Notes: a model not told the origin generated them from the letters alone. DNA of 64,000 nt from an uncultured Gammaproteobacteria bacterium (GCA_963799935.1 CAWCZA010000023.1:38037-102036), one strand, 5' to 3'. Counted from the stretch's first letter, positions 1 through 13,092 are shown. A program made the numbers and translations.

Positions 1-1021
1 CCGTCTTGAGTCGCTGGATGGCCAAGCTGGACCTGAGATCCACTTGCCTGGTCTCGGCACCGTGGCCGTAGCCGACCCGGACCGGAACTCGCGGCAGACT
101 TTCTATACGTACACCGGATTTACTACGCCCCCGGTCGTCTACCATCTCAGCTTGGAGACCGGCAAGAGCGAGGCTGTCCACAGCAGTCATCTCGACTTCG
201 ATCCCAACGCGTTTGAAACTACACAGGTCTTCTATAAGAGTAAAGACGGCACTCAAGTGCCCATGTTCCTGATTTCGAAGAAAGGGCTGCAGCGCAATGG
301 CCAGAATCCCACCCTGTTATATGGATACGGAGGCTTTCAGATCTCCCTAACTCCGAATTTCAGCCCCGCGGTACTCGAATGGATCAAGATGGGCGGGGTC
401 TACGCGGTAGCCAACCTGCGCGGAGGCTCCGAGTACGGTGAAGCGTGGCATCAGGCCGGAATGAAGGAGCATAAACAGAATGTGTTCGATGATTTCATCT
501 CCGCGGCCGAGTACTTGATCGACAGTAAGTACACTTCGAGGCAGAAGCTGGCCATCTTTGGAGGTAGCAACGGCGGGTTATTGGTAGGCGCGGTCCTGAA
601 CCAGCGCCCGGACTTATTCGCCGCCGCAATGCCCGCTGTCGGCGTCATGGATATGTTGCGCTTCCAGAACTTCGGGTTCGGCGGGTATTGGGTTGGCGAA
701 TACGGTACTTCCGCGAATGCAGACGATTTCAAGACGCTGATCAAGTATTCCCCGCTGCATAACATCAAGGCCGGCGCGCATTATCCGCCGACGCTGATCA
801 CGACCTCCGATCATGACGATCGGGTAATGCCCGGGCATAGCCTGAAATACGCGGCAACATTACAACAAGCGCAGGGCAGTTCGGCGCCGATTTTGATTCG
901 AGTAGAGACGCGCGCCGGCCATGGGGCAGGGAAGCCGACGTCGAAGGTTATCGATGAGTGGGCGGATCGATTGGCGTTTCTGAGTAATGCGCTGGGGATG
1001 ACGGCGACTGCGGGAGATTGA
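1..1021 (+). CDS. Prolyl oligopeptidase (S9A), C-terminal part; 5' end lies outside the window
   Basis: Frame is open from position 2. Motifs LLYGYGGF, GGSNGGLL (catalytic Ser), DHDDRV (Asp) and AGHGAGKP (His). Confidence 0.95.
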   Translation, partial: RLESLDGQAGPEIHLPGLGTVAVADPDRNSRQTFYTYTGFTTPPVVYHLSLETGKSEAVHSSHLDFDPNAFETTQVFYKSKDGTQVPMFLISKKGLQRNGQNPTLLYGYGGFQISLTPNFSPAVLEWIKMGGVYAVANLRGGSEYGEAWHQAGMKEHKQNVFDDFISAAEYLIDSKYTSRQKLAIFGGSNGGLLVGAVLNQRPDLFAAAMPAVGVMDMLRFQNFGFGGYWVGEYGTSANADDFKTLIKYSPLHNIKAGAHYPPTLITTSDHDDRVMPGHSLKYAATLQQAQGSSAPILIRVETRAGHGAGKPTSKVIDEWADRLAFLSNALGMTATAGD

Positions 1022-1085
1022 CAAAGCTGTTCCCGGCGTGACCTACACTGGCCACTACGGGTTAACCTGAAAGAGAGCCGCAGCC

Positions 1086-1349
1086 ATGACCTTAACCATA
1101 AGATTATCCGATGAGCAGGCGAACGTACTGCAAGCAAAGGCCGAGGCGGAGGGTCTTTCCTCAGTCGAGGCATGGATTGCGAAGCTCGCCGAACCACAGG
1201 ACCCTACCGCGCGCCCGCTGCAAACTGCGGCGGATATCGTTCTTTCCCACATGCGGAAGGTGCCACCTGAGATCATGGCGACCATGCCGACGGATGGAGC
1301 CAGTCAGCATGACCATTACATTTACGGCTGGCCGAAGCGCGAAGTATGA
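1086..1349 (+). CDS. Putative antitoxin (CopG/RHH-like N-terminus, DGxxQHDHYxYG C-terminal motif)
   Basis: 87 aa; overlaps the downstream PIN gene by 4 nt (ATGA), the typical type II TA layout. Confidence 0.75.
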   Translation: MTLTIRLSDEQANVLQAKAEAEGLSSVEAWIAKLAEPQDPTARPLQTAADIVLSHMRKVPPEIMATMPTDGASQHDHYIYGWPKREV

Positions 1350-1756
1350 CGGAGCTTTTTGCCGACACGTTTTACTGGATTGCTCTTGCCGACCCGACCG
1401 ATAGCGCTCACAAAGTTGCCCTGACGCTGACCGCTGAGCGGGCAACTTCGCAAATTGTCACGACCGACGAAGTATTGACCGAGTACCTCACGTTTTTCTC
1501 ATCAGCGCCCGCGTCGTCACGCGCTGAAGCGGCCGAAGTTGTTGAGGATCTACTGACGAGTTCAATCGTCCAAGTGCTTCCACAGAGCCGGGCATCTTTT
1601 CGCGCCGGGCTACAACTCTACCGTGACCGTCCCGACAAGGGTTACAGTCTGGTCGATTGCATTTCGATGCAGACGATGCGCCGGGAACGGCTGACCGAGG
1701 TTCTTACTAATGACAGGCATTTTGAACAGGAAGGCTTTCGCGCCCTGTTCCGTTGA
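1346..1756 (+). CDS. vapC: PIN-domain (VapC-like) toxin
   Basis: 136 aa; FADT...E...SLVDC...TNDRHF acidic PIN motif. Confidence 0.9.
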   Translation: MTELFADTFYWIALADPTDSAHKVALTLTAERATSQIVTTDEVLTEYLTFFSSAPASSRAEAAEVVEDLLTSSIVQVLPQSRASFRAGLQLYRDRPDKGYSLVDCISMQTMRRERLTEVLTNDRHFEQEGFRALFR

Positions 1757-1922
1757 CCGGGTTTTCGACGGAGACACCTGCCACTCGGCATTGACTTAGA
1801 TCGGGAGGCAAATGCGCCGAGGACAAAGATCGGGCTTACCATCAGTCTTCTTTCTGTTGTCGGCGTTTCGAACGACTGCGACTGCGATCTGAGCCCCAGA
1901 ACCAGTAGCCCGGTTCCGGGTC

Positions 1923-2402
1923 CTAATGTCCCCCAGCATCCGGAATCCTTACTTCAATTCGCACTAACATCCGTATCCATCGCGCCGGCTTCTTATCTTC
2001 CGGCACGATAAGTTGAAACGGACCCGAATCCGGTCCCAACGGCGCTCGACTTTCCGTATCCGCGACTAAGATGCGATTGTCCTGAAACGCCGGCTCTATC
2101 TCAGCCAGCGCCAGCGTCGCATGATAGCCATCTTTCGCCGTGAAGTAGACATACGCCGGAGTATTCGGCCCCTTCAATCGATCCCCAAGCGGCGCGCCCG
2201 CGGCTTGCAAGATATCGTGCAGCAGAACGCCCTCGAACTTGCGCTCGTGCCCGTGCTCCTGCACCGTGATCATGGTTCGCGGCAACTTACTAAGATCGTC
2301 GGCCGTGAAAACCTTCGAGTGATCCGGCGCGCCGACCACAGTTAGTTGCTGCGCCCACGCCGCCACCCCGCAAAGCAGTACAAACAGCAACCTATAAGCC
2401 AT
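1923..2402 (-). CDS. Exported protein resembling the molybdopterin-dependent oxidoreductase fold
   Basis: Sec signal peptide; FEGVLL, AKDGY, GPFQLIVP and RWIRML segments resemble this family. Confidence 0.65.
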   Translation of the reverse strand: MAYRLLFVLLCGVAAWAQQLTVVGAPDHSKVFTADDLSKLPRTMITVQEHGHERKFEGVLLHDILQAAGAPLGDRLKGPNTPAYVYFTAKDGYHATLALAEIEPAFQDNRILVADTESRAPLGPDSGPFQLIVPEDKKPARWIRMLVRIEVRIPDAGGH

Positions 2403-3219
2403 AAAACTCCTGAGCGTTCAATCCCATTAATTTCTCACGAACTCCCACTTCGCGGGCGCCGAGTGCTTGTGTAAAAGACGCAAGAACCTGCTTCCATGTT
2501 CCGGCAGCCAGGCAGACCGGCCAGTCGCTGCCGAACATACAGCGCGTCGGGCCGAACTCGGTGACGCAGTGGGTCACATACGGGCGCAGATCGTCCACCT
2601 TCCACTGCGGGCCTGCTTCCGTGATCATTCCACTCAGCTTGCAATAGACCTGCTTGTACTGCGCCAGCCGTGACATGTCCTTGGCCCACGGTTCCATCTC
2701 CCCCTTCTCGATGAAAGGCTTCGCCATATGGTCAACCACCATGCGCAGGTCCGGTACGCGATCTGCAACTGTGGGGATCAACGGCAGATGCCGCGGATGG
2801 ATGCACAGATCGAACGGGATCCCGCGCCGCGCGAGTTCCTCCAGTCCTTCGAGTACCTCATGTTGCAAAATCCATTTATCATCCGGCTCGTCCTGAACCA
2901 GATGTCGCACCCCCTTGAAGTGATCGAAGAGCTGCATCTTGTCGAGCGTGTCGCCGAGCCTGGGGTCCATCAGGTCAACCCATGCGACCACTCCCAAAAT
3001 CGATGGCTCCGAGGCCGCGAGTTCGAGGGACCACCACGTCTCCTCCATCGTGTGGGTCGCCTGAACCAGCACGGACCCGTCCATCCGGTTCATTAGGTAG
3101 ATCGGTTTCAGGTCCGCGGGCAGGAAGTTTTGCCTCAAAATGGTGGGAGTCCGTTCGTTCATCCAGAAATAGTTGAACCGGTGGATGTCCCAGTAGTGCT
3201 GGTGAGCGTCAATCCGCAT
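2392..3219 (-). CDS. Amidohydrolase_2 family protein (sugar lactonase-like)
   Basis: Start re-called at ATG 3219 (MRIDAHQHYW). GVRH, DHMAKP, KLSG and FGSDWPV motifs. Confidence 0.9.
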   Translation of the reverse strand: MRIDAHQHYWDIHRFNYFWMNERTPTILRQNFLPADLKPIYLMNRMDGSVLVQATHTMEETWWSLELAASEPSILGVVAWVDLMDPRLGDTLDKMQLFDHFKGVRHLVQDEPDDKWILQHEVLEGLEELARRGIPFDLCIHPRHLPLIPTVADRVPDLRMVVDHMAKPFIEKGEMEPWAKDMSRLAQYKQVYCKLSGMITEAGPQWKVDDLRPYVTHCVTEFGPTRCMFGSDWPVCLAAGTWKQVLASFTQALGAREVGVREKLMGLNAQEFYGL

Positions 3220-3293
3220 GCGTTCTAATATTCTTGAACTTTGCGTTTTAAAGCAACGTATTTTTCTCACGAGGCGTTTTTTGACGAGGCAAT

Positions 3294-4217
3294 GTGACGT
3301 ACGCGATTGAGACCGAAGGCCTAACCAAGGTTTACAAGCAGCGCTGGTCCAAGAAGGAGATGCGCGCCGTCGACGCGATCTCTCTGCGCGTGCAGCCTGG
3401 CGCAACGTTTGGCCTGCTCGGTCCGAACGGCGCGGGCAAGACCACATTTGTGAAGATGCTGCTGGCCTGCACGCATCCCACGGCCGGCCGCGTCCTGGTT
3501 TTCGGCCGGGATTCCTGGATTCCCGAGTCACGCCGCGAGATCGGCTACCTGCCCGAGAATCATCGCTTCCCGACCTATCTGACGGGTGCGAGCATGCTCG
3601 ATTTTTACGGCGCGCTTTCCGGCGTCGATGCTGCGACGCGCCGCAAACGTATTCCCGAGTTGCTCGACATGGTCGGGCTCGATCGCTGGGGCGCCACGCG
3701 GCTCGGCAAGTATTCCAAAGGGATGCTGCAGCGCGTCGGCCTGGCGCAGGCGCTGCTGCACGAACCCAAGCTGCTGATATTGGATGAGCCGTCCGACGGC
3801 GTCGACCCGGTGGGCCGCAAACAGATTCGCGACATCCTGCAGGCGCTTGAGGCCAAGGGCGTGACCATCTTCCTGAACTCGCATCTGCTGCAGGAAGTCG
3901 AGCTTTTCTGTCACGATGTTGCCATCATCTACAAGGGTCGTGTGGCATTGGAAGGGCGTGTAAAAGACCTCACGGCGTCGGGCGGATACCGCGTTGAAAC
4001 TTACGCAGTGCCGGACAACCTCACGACGGAATTGCGAGCGCGCGCGAAAGGAATCGCCGCCAATAACGGCACGGTACAGTTCCTGTTCGGATCGCGCGAA
4101 GACGCGAACTCAGCAATCGACTTGCTGCGCGCGCAAAGCTGCGAGATCGAATCTCTAACTCGCGCCACTAGTTCGCTCGAGGAAGTCTTCATCCGCACTA
4201 TCGAGGGGAACAAATGA
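3294..4217 (+). CDS. ABC transporter ATP-binding protein (ABC-2 exporter type)
   Basis: Walker A GPNGAGKTT, signature YSKGM, Walker B LILDEP. Confidence 0.95.
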   Translation: MTYAIETEGLTKVYKQRWSKKEMRAVDAISLRVQPGATFGLLGPNGAGKTTFVKMLLACTHPTAGRVLVFGRDSWIPESRREIGYLPENHRFPTYLTGASMLDFYGALSGVDAATRRKRIPELLDMVGLDRWGATRLGKYSKGMLQRVGLAQALLHEPKLLILDEPSDGVDPVGRKQIRDILQALEAKGVTIFLNSHLLQEVELFCHDVAIIYKGRVALEGRVKDLTASGGYRVETYAVPDNLTTELRARAKGIAANNGTVQFLFGSREDANSAIDLLRAQSCEIESLTRATSSLEEVFIRTIEGNK

Positions 4218-5038
4218 CGACGCTCGCTTTGATCATGGACACGTTCCGCGAAGCCCTCGCTCGCAAAATCTTTTGGGCGTTCTTCTTCGCGTCGACGGCG
4301 ATCCTGCTCTTCTTCATGTTCATCATGCACGTCGATGTCGTTAACGGCATGGTCGCGTCGTTGACCATTTTCAAGCCCGCGCGAATACAGAATTCACTGT
4401 CCGCAGTCGACGTCGTACGCAGCGCCCAATCCGGATTGTCCGGGTTCCTCTACTCGATCGGCATGGGGCTGGCCATCTTCGCGTCGGCGGGACTCATCTC
4501 GGCCGTCTTCGAGCCGGGTCGCGTGGAGTTGCTCCTTTCGAAACCTGTCCAGCGGTGGCAGATTTTGATGGGCCGCTATCTGGGTAACTTACTCATCGTC
4601 GGTTTCAATCTCTTCTACCTCGTGACCGGATTCTGGATCATCTTCGGCGTGAAGGTGGGAGTCTGGCGCCCGTATCTGCTGCTCTCCAGCGTGATCACGC
4701 TGTTCATGTTCGGCGTGGTTCTTACCTTCATTCTGCTGACTGCTGTTCTATGGGAGAACGCCGCAGTGTCCATCCTCGCGACGTTTGCGCTGGTCATCAT
4801 CTGCCTGATTCTGGGCGCGAGGCCTATGCTTGAGAAGCTGCTGAGCTCGGAGACATCGCGCAATATCGTTAGCGGCCTTTACTATGTATTGCCGAAGATT
4901 CCGGAGACCGGCAACATCCTGATGAAGATAAACATGGGGACGCAGATCGATAGCTGGATGCCGATCTGGTCGTCCGCGATCTTTGGCGCTGTGATTCTCG
5001 GAACCGGCCTCTGGGTCTTTTCGCGCCGTAATTTCTAA
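4214..5038 (+). CDS. ABC-2 type permease
   Basis: About 6 hydrophobic helices and an ELLLSKP motif; ATGA overlap with the ATPase gene. Confidence 0.85.
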   Translation: MTTLALIMDTFREALARKIFWAFFFASTAILLFFMFIMHVDVVNGMVASLTIFKPARIQNSLSAVDVVRSAQSGLSGFLYSIGMGLAIFASAGLISAVFEPGRVELLLSKPVQRWQILMGRYLGNLLIVGFNLFYLVTGFWIIFGVKVGVWRPYLLLSSVITLFMFGVVLTFILLTAVLWENAAVSILATFALVIICLILGARPMLEKLLSSETSRNIVSGLYYVLPKIPETGNILMKINMGTQIDSWMPIWSSAIFGAVILGTGLWVFSRRNF

Positions 5039-5039
5039 C

Positions 5040-5954
5040 ATGCGACTCCTGCTCTTAATCCTTTCCGTTGCAACCGCTTTCGGACAGATCCACGTCGATC
5101 CGGTTCTGGCCCGCATGATCCCTCCCGGAACCGTATCGCTGGTCGGCGTACGGATGGATCAGATTCGTACCACGCCTCTTTATCAGAAGATGATCGCGGA
5201 ACAGAAGCTTCCCGATTTAGATCGCTTCGTTAAGGACACCGGCTTCGATCCGCGGCATGATGTTCGTGAACTGCTGCTGGCGTCCAACGGCACTGAGGGA
5301 CAATCCGTTCTCGTCGCGCGCGGCAGTTTTGGACACATCACGAACTTCTCCTCGTTAAAGACCTTCAAGCACGACATCTACGCGATCCACGGTAACGACA
5401 GCGCGGGGTTTTGCCTGCTCGACGACTCGACCGCCGCCGCCGGCCCGCTTCCTGGCTTGTACGCGGCACTGGATCACTGGCACTCCGGCGCTGCCCCCGC
5501 AACCCCGTCGCTGCTCAAGCGCATGGAGCAAATTTCGGCGAACGCGCAGCTCTATGTGGTTTCCGAAGGCGGCTTCAATATTCCGGGCGGCCTGACTCTC
5601 CGCCAGGGTTCGACCGATTTCGCGCAGATCTTTCGCAATGTGGAGCAAGTAACCTTCTCGGCTGACCTGCGCGCCGGACTCGACGCGCTACTCGAAGCTG
5701 ATGTGAAGAACGAAGAGGACGCGAAGAATCTGGGCGACGCCGCACGCGGGCTCATCGGGTTCGCGCGACTCAGCGTTCCCGAGAACCATCGCGAATTACT
5801 TAAGCTGTGGGACGGTTTTCACGTGGACCAACACGCCCGCCACATCGCGCTGACCGCGAAGGTTCCGCAGGATTTGATCGATCAACTGGTCAGCTTGATT
5901 CAGAGCGGCGAGATCGGACCGGGTCGGCGATCCCATCCGGCAAATCCGCGCTGA
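5040..5954 (+). CDS. Exported hypothetical protein co-transcribed with the ABC exporter
   Basis: 304 aa with a signal peptide (AFG|Q); 1-nt gaps to both neighbours. Confidence 0.8.
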   Translation: MRLLLLILSVATAFGQIHVDPVLARMIPPGTVSLVGVRMDQIRTTPLYQKMIAEQKLPDLDRFVKDTGFDPRHDVRELLLASNGTEGQSVLVARGSFGHITNFSSLKTFKHDIYAIHGNDSAGFCLLDDSTAAAGPLPGLYAALDHWHSGAAPATPSLLKRMEQISANAQLYVVSEGGFNIPGGLTLRQGSTDFAQIFRNVEQVTFSADLRAGLDALLEADVKNEEDAKNLGDAARGLIGFARLSVPENHRELLKLWDGFHVDQHARHIALTAKVPQDLIDQLVSLIQSGEIGPGRRSHPANPR

Positions 5955-5955
5955 C

Positions 5956-6519
5956 ATGCTAAGCGCCAAAGTCTACGATACTCATGTGGATCAACTGTTC
6001 GAACGTGTTCATCAACTCCACGGGATTCTAACGGCTGCGGGGATTCCCTATCGGATCGTTGGCGGTCTCGCTGTGTTCATGCATGTTGCCGAACGCGATC
6101 CTCTCCGTGCGCGCATGACCGCGGACGTCGATGCTGCGATCGATCGTGAGTACCTTCCGGTGGTGATCGAAGCGGCCCGCCAAGCAGGATGGATGTACCG
6201 TCACGTGTCTGGAGTGGACATGTTGGTTGACGCGCAGCAGCCTAGGGCTCGATCTGCGGTCCATTTTGTGTTCCTCAACGAGAAGGTGCGCGATTACTAT
6301 GTGGAAGCGGTTCCATCATCTGCGCCGGAGATTACGCAGGACGGTGTAGCGCTCGCTTCCGTCGAGGATCTGGTGCATATGAAACTGACAAGCTTCCGGC
6401 TCAAAGATCGCGTCCACATCCAGGATCTCGACGGCGTCGGCTTGATTAGCGCGGATATCGAAGCTCGGTTGCCGGAGATCCTCCGAAGCCGACTGGCTGA
6501 AGTGCGAGCGAGCGAGTAA
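5956..6519 (+). CDS. Nucleotidyltransferase-fold protein (AbiEii-like)
   Basis: IVGGLAV...RMTADVD (GG plus DxD) and C-terminal LVHMKL...KDRVH pattern. Confidence 0.7.
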   Translation: MLSAKVYDTHVDQLFERVHQLHGILTAAGIPYRIVGGLAVFMHVAERDPLRARMTADVDAAIDREYLPVVIEAARQAGWMYRHVSGVDMLVDAQQPRARSAVHFVFLNEKVRDYYVEAVPSSAPEITQDGVALASVEDLVHMKLTSFRLKDRVHIQDLDGVGLISADIEARLPEILRSRLAEVRASE

Positions 6520-6541
6520 AGCGAGGGCCGTCGTAAATTAG

Positions 6542-9042
<2,501 letters not shown>

Positions 9043-9046
<4 letters not shown>

Positions 9047-11114
9047 TGGCGTAAGTTCTCGGCTTGTAGGTGACGATCCAGGAAGCTAGAGGCGGCGCCA
9101 TACGCATCCAGCCAGTGCTGATGCATGAGTAAGTCGTGGATTTCGTCCGGAAAGATTAGTTGTTCAAATGGCACGTGCTGCTTGCGCAAAGCTTCCGCTA
9201 GCATCTCTGTTTGCTTGAAGTTCACATTCCGATCATCATCGCCATGGATCAGCAAAACAGGCGAGCGCCACGTCTCGATATAAGCCATCGGCGACGACTG
9301 AAACGCAACGCGGGCAGCATCGGCGCGCTTTGCCGGATCGTACGCCGGAATGAAGTTCTGGATCTCGTCATTCCACTCATGGACGCCGTGTAGATCGACT
9401 CCCGCAGCAAATAGGTCCGACGCGCGAGCTAGACCAAGCGCCGTCAGATAGCCGCCGTAAGAGCCGCCCCAGAGTCCGATCTTATCGGGGATCACGTCAG
9501 ACCTTGATCGCAAGTAAAGACCCGCGCCGATCACATCATTGAACTCGCTCGCTCCCGTCGCGCCATAGTTCAGAGCTTCACGGAAATCGAGCCCGTAGCC
9601 GATGCCGCTGCGGTAGTTTACGGACAACACCACATATCCGCGGCTAGCCAGATACTGATTGAAACCGTAAGCCTGGTGGTAGTAGAGCATGTAGTGCCAG
9701 CCGAGCAGCATCTGACGGCGCGAACCGCCGTGGAAGAAGATCACGGCCGGATGCTGCGATTTGCCGTCGTGCGGAAGAAAGAGCTGTCCATGGATCTGCA
9801 TGCCATCCGCGGCATTGATCAACACAGGTTCAGGTTCAACTAGCGATGCCAGCGGGAAGTCTGCAGGCAACCAGTCCGGACGAAGATCGCGGACGCCTTC
9901 GCCGTAATGATGGAAGCGTGCGCGGGATGCTTTGCGTCCGAGCGGAAAATAGCGACATCATCGCCAGACGGTAAAGCAGCGCTCCATTCGATATCAGTAC
10001 CCTTTGTGAGTCGTCGCGGTGCGCTGCCATCGAGCATCACACGCCATATATGGCGGCGGTCGATATCGTCCTGATTGGAAGCGTACACAACCGATTTGCG
10101 ATCCGGCGAGAGCGCGGCAGATTCAATCTCGAAAGCTCCCGGAGTCAGCTCATGCGCCGTGCCGCCCGCGAGCGCGATCGAATAGAGGTGCTGATATCCG
10201 GTGCGCTCCCAAGGAAACACAATGCGATCGCCGTCAGCCCACAGCAGTTGATGAGGCGCATCCAGACCGTGGAACTCGCTCCCTTGGTTCGGCTCAGCGT
10301 GCCAGATCTCGCGCCCTTGGCAAGTATCGACATCGGCAACGTGAATCGACCACGGGGTTTCCGCCGCGCGCTTGGGGCCGAACGCGGTTGCTGTCTGCGA
10401 CGTGGCAATGCGGATGAAAGCAATGCGATGCGAATCTGGTGACCAGACTGGCTCCGCGTCAGTGTCGACGCTCGGATCGAGATATCGTAATTGAGATTCG
10501 CCGACTGCATAGACAGCGATGAATGAGTGCTGCGCGCGCCGGCTTGCGAAGGCCAGATACTTCCCATCCGGTGACCATTCGAGGCTCTCCGCATTGCCGC
10601 GCGCGTGAATCAGCTGCTCGGCCTTACCGCTGCCATCGGCAGGAGCGCTCCACACTTGATCCGCGTTAACATACGCGACAGTCTTCCCGTCGGGTGAGAG
10701 TGCGGGGCCGTGACCCTTGCCGATTTTCTTCACCTCGCCGCCAGCAAACGGGACGGTGTTCACTTCCTGTTCCGTGCCTCCGACGTAGTGGGCCGGGTTG
10801 GGAATCTCGCCCTTCGTGTTCGGGTCTTCACCGCGCGTGAATGCAACCTCCGAACCGTCGACGCTGATCGTGACTTCGCCTAATTCAATCCCGTGATCGT
10901 GAAACGTGGCGACCTGGCGCGCGGCATAAGTCGGCGCTTCCGCGACCCAGAGATTCCGGAAGCCGGGCGGATCTTCCACCCACGCGATCTTGCCGTGCCC
11001 ATTGGTGGTCAACGACGATGGGAACGGTGAACCTAGGACTTGGCTAATCGTGAAGGACGGCGCAGCCGCACGGGCGCACGCCGCCGCGCAGAGCACTGCT
11101 GCAAAAACGCGCAT
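9043..11114 (-). CDS. S9 family peptidase (beta-propeller plus catalytic domain), split by one frameshift near 9900-9907
   Basis: ORF 9840-11114 has a signal peptide and PD40-like repeats. ORF 9043-9870 has GGSYGG, HGDDD and DEIH. The second frame continues upstream as [16 protein letters not shown]. Confidence 0.88.
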
Positions 11115-11142
11115 GGAAGATTGTACGCCGGAAAGGCGTGGC

Positions 11143-11628
11143 TTACATCTTATAGCGGCCGAGGTCTTCGTCGTTCAGACCCTCGAGCCAACGCTTCAAC
11201 TCTTCGTTGTTGACCTTATCGGAAACCGTCGCGGCAACCTTGGAAGACTTCAGCACTTCATCGTCGACAAAGATCGGACAATCGAGGCGCAGCGCGAGAG
11301 CTAGCGCATCGCTCGGCCGTGAATCGACCGAAATCATTTCGCCGTCGCGATCGAGCCAAATCAACGCGTAGAACGTGTCTTCTTTCAGATCGCTCACCAC
11401 CACTTTGCGCACACCGGTCGATAGACCGAGCAGCAGGCTCTTGATCAAATCATGCGTCATGGGGCGTGGCGTAGAGACCTTCTCAATCTCCAGCGCAATC
11501 GCGTTTGCTTCGTAAATACCGACCCAGATGGGAAGAACAGTATTACCAGACACATCCTTCAAAATCACAATGGGCATGTTGGTGACCGGATCCATCATCA
11601 GCCCGCGGATTTTCATTTCAACTTCCAT
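11143..11628 (-). CDS. Bifunctional nuclease family protein (DUF151)
   Basis: LPIWVGIYEANAI, PRPMTHDL and DSRPSDA motifs. Confidence 0.93.
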   Translation of the reverse strand: MEVEMKIRGLMMDPVTNMPIVILKDVSGNTVLPIWVGIYEANAIALEIEKVSTPRPMTHDLIKSLLLGLSTGVRKVVVSDLKEDTFYALIWLDRDGEMISVDSRPSDALALALRLDCPIFVDDEVLKSSKVAATVSDKVNNEELKRWLEGLNDEDLGRYKM

Positions 11629-11685
11629 CTAGTCCTCCCCCACGCTCCAGATTTCATTACAGCACGCGCCGGTTTGCGAGACACT

Positions 11686-13002
11686 CTAGGCGGGGCAGGC
11701 TTCACCGACCAATGAGTTAGGTCCGGCGCGCGTAACGCGGACGGGAAGATAAGTTCCGACCAGGTCGTCTGCGCTTTGCGAAGTGAAATTCAACGTCCGA
11801 TTCTGCGACGTGCGTCCGATCCATTGGTCGAGCGCTTTGTTGCGGCCTTCCACGTTGACTTCTTCTACGGTGCCGATCAGCAGCGAGTTCCGTCGGATTT
11901 GAATCGCGCGCTGCCGCTCCTGCAGCACATTGAAGCGCCGCGTTTTTTCTTCTTCCGGAATCGCATCGGGCATCGACGTTGCGGGCGTGTTCGGCCGCGG
12001 GGAGTATTTGAAGCAGAAGAGCGAATCGTACTGCACTTCGTCGAGCAGATCGAGCGTCTCTTGAAACTCGTGCTCCGTCTCGCCGGGGAAGCCGATGATG
12101 ATGTCGGTCGTGATCGCGATCGGACGGCGCGCGTTCTTCATCCACGCGATGCGGCGCATGTATTCGTCGCGCGTGTACTGACGCTGCATGGCGGAGAGCA
12201 CGCGCGTTGATCCCGATTGCACCGGTAGATGCACGTGATTGCAGAGGTTCGGATTAGAATCGATTGCGTCGATGATCCCTTTGACGAAGTCACGCGGATG
12301 CGACGTCGTGAACCGCACGCGGCGAATGCCGGGGATCTCGCCCACGCGCGCCAGCAGGATGGCGAAATCCCACCCGGCAGCCGATGGATCGCGGTAGCTG
12401 TTGACGTTTTGTCCCAGAAGCTGGATTTCGGTGTAGCCGTCATCCGCCAGGCGGCGCGCCTCGTCCATCACGCTGCTGCTCGTGCGACTGCGTTCAGGAC
12501 CACGCGTGAATGGCACGACGCAGTACGCGCAACTTTTGTCGCAGCCTTCGATGATCGTCAGATAGGCGCGGCGTGGATTGTCGCGACGCGTGTAAGGTGT
12601 TTCGAACGCTTCTTCTTCGTCGAAGCCGAGACCGGTGACGCGCTTGTCGCCGCGTTCGAGTTGCAGCAGCATCTGCGGCAGCTTCGCATAACTGGCCGAT
12701 CCCGCAACCATGCGGACCTGCGGCGCGCGCTCGAAGATCTTCTCGCCTTCCTGCTGCGCAACGCAGCCGAGCACCGCGAAGATCTTTTCTTTACGAGCCT
12801 CGCGCTGGAACTGTTGCAGCTTCAGGAAGACTTTCTGCTCGGCCTTGTCCCGGATGCTGCAGGTGTTGTAAAAGATGTACGATGCCTCGGCGGGTGTCTG
12901 GACCTCGCTGAACCCCTTCTCCAATAAGACGCCGACGACTTTTTCGGAGTCGTGCGCATTCATCTGGCAGCCGAACGTTTCGATATAGAACTTCTTTTCC
13001 AC
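11686..13002 (-). CDS. miaB: tRNA-2-methylthio-N6-dimethylallyladenosine synthase
   Basis: Start re-called at GTG 13002. ETFGCQMN, NTCSIR, GCVAQ, radical-SAM CDKSCAYC, C-terminal TRAM domain. Confidence 0.96.
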   Translation of the reverse strand: MEKKFYIETFGCQMNAHDSEKVVGVLLEKGFSEVQTPAEASYIFYNTCSIRDKAEQKVFLKLQQFQREARKEKIFAVLGCVAQQEGEKIFERAPQVRMVAGSASYAKLPQMLLQLERGDKRVTGLGFDEEEAFETPYTRRDNPRRAYLTIIEGCDKSCAYCVVPFTRGPERSRTSSSVMDEARRLADDGYTEIQLLGQNVNSYRDPSAAGWDFAILLARVGEIPGIRRVRFTTSHPRDFVKGIIDAIDSNPNLCNHVHLPVQSGSTRVLSAMQRQYTRDEYMRRIAWMKNARRPIAITTDIIIGFPGETEHEFQETLDLLDEVQYDSLFCFKYSPRPNTPATSMPDAIPEEEKTRRFNVLQERQRAIQIRRNSLLIGTVEEVNVEGRNKALDQWIGRTSQNRTLNFTSQSADDLVGTYLPVRVTRAGPNSLVGEACPA

Positions 13003-13092
13003 TGATCTTATTGTAGGGGGCGCGGTGTCACTTGTACGGTCTTGAAATGAGTACCTTCCGGCAAGGAGATTAGCTCCCGGCTGTACTCTGTC

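Noticed and set aside
1018-1049. TTGACA...TACACT as a full sigma70 promoter
   Set aside because: The spacer is 20 nt, too long, and the TTGACA overlaps the upstream stop codon.
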